Assembly: GCA_002269645.1 (NCBI GenBank)
Contig: NIVC01000114.1
Coordinates: 806,001-870,000, forward strand
Length of the DNA: 64,000 nt
Reading direction: 5' to 3'
From: Macrostomum lignano
Lineage: Eukaryota
Shown: positions 58,740 to 64,000 of the stretch, piece by piece
Position numbering within the stretch: the first letter of the stretch is position 1
Layout of the letters: each line of letters starts with the position of its first letter
Notes under the pieces: generated by a model
Seen by the model: the letters and a program-made list of their open reading frames with translations, nothing else
What the model was told of the DNA's origin: nothing
Database searches by the model: none
Translations under genes and position numbers: made by a program

Positions 58740-61700
58740 CTAAATGCGATCAGCGGTAGCGTAAACAGCTTGGCCCTCGTGCTGCGACAGGGAGTTACCC
58801 TAAGAAATAAATAAATGTTGGTAAATTTCTCAGAGCAAAATTTCAAAAGGTGGAAAAAGTACTTAGTCAAAAAGTTTTTTCCTAACCAATAAAATTTTAA
58901 CGCTGCTGAAAATTGCAAACTGCAAACACCTCAAATTCATGGTATTTGTGTTAAAAACACTGTTAAAACGCTTAGGGTTGTAGCCTAGGGTAAGAGCGTC
59001 GGACTCATGAATTGAAGGTCGGGGTTCGATTCCGGATCCCGCTGAAACAATTTTCATTTTTGAACAAGACGCTCAACTCTGCTTTGCTAAAAAGTTCACC
59101 CACCAGCTGTAAAATGGGTGCCAGCATTAGCTGGGGTAATTGAGGGTGTGTGACGACCCCCCAGTCCTTGGACTGAACAGCCGTACGCAGCCTTCAGATG
59201 CGCCGCGCAATAGCTGCGGCTGAGCTGTTGGTTGCACATCTGCCCATTGGGCAGGTGTAATCAATTATTATTATTGTTACCATTACTAAGCGTTCAACAA
59301 AGCAATAAGAAGCTAACCTGAGTAATATCTTTCTGTGCCAAAGATGTTGAACCGCTTGTTAAGGAGCCTTTACCTAACAGTTGCCTCTAAAAAGTTTAAA
59401 AATAAAACTCAAAATTGCTTTTTTAAGTTATTTTTCAAAACATTTAGTACATACCAATAAATAAATATACATGCCATTACAACTTACCGATCGAAATCGA
59501 ACAACCAAAATAACAATGCCACACGTAAAAGCCGCAGACAGTAAGGCACTGACCACAATCAAGATTGAATAGAAACCAATTGAGCCGATAAAGCCTGTGG
59601 ATGTTTCTGATACTGATAAAGAAGCTGGAAAATAATGTATGATTCAATGTTTTGCCAAATACAATACTGCGTCGCGTGTAAAGTGTTACGAATTTCAAGA
59701 CGGAATCTTACCATACGATTTCAGACACAGATACCCATCAGCTAATTCGTACTTAAATGACCCGTTAAATGGCCACGGCAGTATTCGATTGTTATAATTT
59801 GCTGAGTGGCTTCTCTCTAAACACACTTCGTCGCTACCACACGGATTCGGGCTGCATTCTGGGTTGTCAACTGAGCAGTCCGTTCCAGAATAGCCGGGGT
59901 GGCACATGCAACTGAAAAAAGTCTGATTGCATTCAAACCTAAGTATTATTTAATAATGCCATAATTAGCAAAAAATACTCACGAAGCCTTTGACGACGTG
60001 CACGTTCCTCCGTTTCTGCATGGCAAATATACCTCACAAATATCAAGCGACGAGCTCAAGACGACACCTGAAGACTCACTGGCTGCCACTGCTCCTGACA
60101 GAGCAAGGTAAAATGGGGAAGAACTCAAAATCAGTGGCTTAGCCTCATTCAATCTCGGATGGGAAATTATTCCCCGAAATCCAGTCACGCCTGAAGGCAT
60201 CGCAGCCCAGATGCTGGCTGGAAAAACAGGCAGAGATCGCTTTGATCTGCCGCCGGTGCTTGGCGGTGATGCGCCGCTGAAGCCGCCGATGATGAGCTGG
60301 CCTGACAGCTGCGGTAGCGGACTCGCACTGCTCAGCGATGCCGAACTGACTGAAGATGACACTGACAGCGACAGCGAGCGACCCGATATCGACACGGAGA
60401 TATTCACAGAGACGAAGCTGCCGGTGGCCACCGAGTCTGAGGACGTCAGCGCTGCGATGAGGGAGCCGTTGCTGTGCAGTAACTGGGCGGACAGACGGCC
60501 AGAGTGATCAATCTGAAAAGAATAAAACAAATACTGACTTTACCAGATTTCACTCAATCTAGAAAAAAACACTGAGGACACTCACTGTAACGAGCAGTCT
60601 CGGAGTGGTCGCCGAGTCGCTCGGGTCGCCCAGCAGCAGCAGAAACGCTCCTCGAGACAAAGTCACCAGCCTCAGCTCAATCGTCCACGAGTCTCCGCCA
60701 TATACACTTGACACACCTGCTGCAGACGCGAACATCGCTGATGACACGCTGCCGCCCACACCCAGTGAGAACGATGGAAGCTCAACGGAGCAGCGCAGGC
60801 CTCCGAAGCCCGCAGCGCAGTGGCACACAAAGTCGTTCCACACATCTGAGCACATCGAGCTCGTCTTTTCTTCACAAGGCGACGGGCTGCCGCACTGCAC
60901 CGACCGACTGCAGACTCCCCAGGTCGCGCTGCTCGACTCCGCCGTGGTCCCCGAGGTGACCAATGTCGAGTCGTTCGACACGAGCCGCAGGTCTCTCACG
61001 CAGCCGCGGAAGCCGCCACCGCCGTCGATGCCGGATCCGCTCTCGCCGCCGACACGAACTGACATTCGACTGTTCGGCTTGAATGAGTCCGACAGTCCGT
61101 CGACCAGCTGTGCTCCAGGCAGCTGACTCACTCCTGACTCACTGCGACTCAATGTCGCACTGCCATTGGTCAGCGAGACCGACAGCGTCAGCCAATCAGT
61201 AGAGGCCAAGCTGTCGCTGATTGGCCAATCAGCTCGACCAATCACAGACGACGATGCATTGAAGAACAACAGCACGAGACTGGAGTCGTGAGCGCCGACT
61301 CGGATGTCTCCCCAGTGAGACGAGAGCCGGACCAGATCGAAGTGGGCGAGACTCGTGCGGAACGACAGCTCGAAGGTGCAATCAGTTGTCGTGCTCAACT
61401 TGGAGCTGTCCAGCAAGACTCTGAAGGCCGTGCTTCCGTTGAATGACGCCAGAGTGGTCTCGTTGCACTGCGGTCCAGACCAGCCAGGCTTGCAGGTGCA
61501 GCGATAGCCGTGAGCAGGTGACGGCAGCTCGCGAAGAAGCAGAGGTTTGCACTTCTCGTTCATTTGGCACGGGCTGGAGTCGCAGCCAGTCAGTCTGACG
61601 CTGCAGTTTTTGCCTCCGAACTCAGCGGGGCAGCCGGTGCAGGCATAATCCGCTACCAGGTCCTTGCAGACGGCTCCGTTCTGACACGGCTGTCCGAAGC

Positions 61701-62399
61701 GCTCGCACTCGTCGATATCGACTGAGCAGGTCGGGCCCTCGTAGCCGGGCAGGCAGTGGCAGGTGAATGAGGCCAGGTCGTCCGTGCAGCTCGACGCGTG
61801 GGCGCACACGCTGCGGTTGGTGGCCGGGTCCAGACAGTCGTTCGGGTTGATCTCACATGTGTCTCCGTAGATGCCTTTGCGTTGCAGTTAAATAAAGGAA
61901 AAATTGCTATAGATTAGAATCTATGCAGTCAATACAGTCAATGCACAGGATCTCCTCACCTCTCGGGCAGAGGCAGACGAACCCGGCAGCCAGCGCATAG
62001 CTGAAGCTCTCATTGAATGGCGAAGGCAGCGATGAGTTTCCATACAAATCCTGGTTGCTGCGCTCCACACAGGCGGCACCGAACTGGCACGGATTCAGCG
62101 AGCAGTCCGGCACGTCATTGGAGCAGGTCTTTCCCGAGTAGCCGCTGAAGCAGCTGCAGCTGAAGTCTCTGAGCCCGTCAGTGCAGGTGGCGTTGTGGCT
62201 GCACGGGTTGCTGGCGCAGTCGTCAATGCGGCTCTGGCAGTTCGGTCCGTTGAAGTCGGTGGCAGAGCAGTCGCAGGTGAACCTCCTGACACCATCGATG
62301 CACCTGCCGCCGTGCTTGCACGGACTTGATGCGCAGTCATCGATCTTGGAGCTGCAGATGTCGCCTTGGAAGTCGACGCGAGAGCAGTCGCAGGTGAAA
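58740..62399 (-). CDS. Gene F: long Crumbs-like receptor, 3' part (5' end beyond the window), tail truncated
   Basis: Exons 62399-61960, 61874-60586, 60512-59983, 59911-59712, 59624-59488 (TM), 59386-59318, 58799-58740 ending in TAG where B has CAG. Confidence 0.8.
58975..59284 (+). mobile_element. tRNA-derived SINE (duplicate of 16352-16660)
   Basis: Same head, core and ATT tail. Confidence 0.85.
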
Positions 62400-64000
62400 C
62401 TGCATTTATTTCAGCATTTTAATGAGAGAAAATACAAAACGTACACAGAAAAATAAAACAAATTTTTCAAAATAAAAAATTGCTTAGTTCGGAATGAATC
62501 ATCAACGAGGGAAAATAATAAGTATTAAATTTTTTTCGCATTTTGACACATTTTTTCCTCTACTAGAAGAGAATTAGCAAGTAGGATTGCTAATCAGAAG
62601 AAAATAACGCTGTCAACATATCGGACTGTTGGAATATGATTTATCTGTCCATTAAATCTTGTTTTCAGTAGAAAAATTGAAGGAATTTATAACTTCAATA
62701 GCATGCATATCGGGGAGGGTAGCAGATATTTTGTGCTTCAAAATTCTAAGTCAGGGTTATCTAAGTATTTTTTGGTTTGTTTTAAACATGATTTAGGTAA
62801 CCCCTTCAATTTTAACCTTTCTTCTAAGTAAAATTCTCTAAAGATTTGTTTTAGAAGACTTTTGACTACTGAATCTTGGAAACATTTTGCTTTCAGCGAT
62901 AAACAAAAAAAAGAAAGCTCTTTTTCTGATCAAGGGCCTGAAGGAAAGAGAAGCTTAACTCAAAGCAGAATTCGCTGAATGGCTTCACTGCAAAGCCCAG
63001 ATACTAGAATAACTAGATTGGCCACTCAGGCGTATATACTTAGTAAAACAGCCTTCTACTTTCAGTTCGGTAGCAAAGAAGAATGCAAAAGTGCATAAGC
63101 AATTTTTTATACAAATAAAGACAGCTGAAATGACTTTGATAAGCTTAGAAGCCCAAGCTTGCAGGTGTGAACAACTTGCTAATTGGTTCAGCAATAATGT
63201 ACATTAGCCGGTTGGTCCACAGTAATTTACATGGCAGCTTTAGGTTGGAATTCTGAGAAAGGCAATTAAAATTGGGGCGGGGCAGGGGGTTAAAGCTGGT
63301 GGGTAAGAGCTAATAAATAAGCCTTGGCTTTAAAAATACATTGCAATGCTTGTTTAACTTTCTACTGAACAGAAAGTAGCTTACACGCAAATGTGCAGAG
63401 TGGCTAATCTAGTTATTCTAGTATCAGATATCTGTGCTGCAAAGCGACGTCCGCAAGACAACGAAGGGATCAGACTCCCGGTGAATGGTAGGATTCGTTT
63501 GGCGAACGTATTTTTGAGTGACAGAGGCCTCAGCTTCTAATGATCAGGCACTGGGGATGTACTTACGCTCGTAGAAATAGATTTTCCAGTAGTGACGCAA
63601 GAGTTTAAAATTAAGCCAGTCTGTTGATGGGGGTAAAGCCTGGGAAGTTCTGAGTCGCTGGTGTTTGGTAACTTTATCTTCGGTACGAGCGTACGCACCA
63701 GCTCTGCGACTGCCCCACACCCCATACTGCTGTAATTGGCTGACCAGCCCCAAGCTATCTGCAACCAGCTGCGTGCAACCTCCTCTGACCTCCAATTGGC
63801 TATTGATTTTTTTCGCGTAAGTTTGAATTTGCTTGAGCTCGTGGGTCTTGATTCCCTAGGGCTAAAATTCAGTGGACTCAAATATAAGGAGATGTGTGTG
63901 CAACGGGCATTGGCTTTCGCTTCTAACCTGAAAATTAGCTCTCAATCTGCCCGTGTGTCCGCCTTTTTTTATTTCGTGGGTGAACCTACATACTGTACGG

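Larger units (their letters stand above)
52440..64000 (+). repeat. Segmental duplication of ~5595-21280 (head of A + body of B versus head of E + body of F)
   Basis: Colinear homology; it differs mainly by the solo LTR, the YR element and a ~0.5-kb insert found only in the left copy. Confidence 0.9.

Noticed and set aside
840-62399. Calling the genes Notch or true crumbs orthologues
   Set aside because: No LNR, NOD or ankyrin domains (not Notch) and no ERLI tail (not canonical Crumbs); gene symbols were left empty.

Overview
Eukaryotic (invertebrate animal) genomic DNA with GT-AG spliced genes; there are no prokaryotic genes and no CRISPR array. A free-living flatworm such as Macrostomum is only my impression. 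The window is a head-to-tail tandem cluster of six minus-strand paralogues (labelled A-F, left to right) of a Crumbs-like gene: signal peptide, furin-like RTRR, a variable EGF pair, Ca-binding EGF repeats, 1-2 laminin G domains, a Crumbs-type interrupted EGF, a transmembrane helix and a tyrosine-rich tail unlike the canonical Crumbs ERLI tail. By hand splicing, B is a long two-LamG receptor (~1225 aa). C and E are short one-LamG receptors (~889 and ~892 aa). D is a deletion-truncated, TM-less form (~290 aa). A has a nonsense codon right after EGF4. F (5' end outside the window) has a truncated tail. Two large duplications have their in-window breakpoints at or near 21-bp minisatellites in intron 2, so 5' heads (promoter, signal peptide, hypervariable EGF1-2) appear to have been shuffled onto different 3' bodies. 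Introns and spacers hold many mobile elements: an RT-deleted DIRS/Ngaro-type retroelement with an intact tyrosine recombinase, Crypton-like remnants, three solo-LTR-like inserts, an EnSpm-like TIR element, a hAT MITE, tRNA-derived SINEs and LINE 3' ends. Exon coordinates and lengths were worked out by hand from splice signals and phase. TE boundaries without a TSD are approximate.
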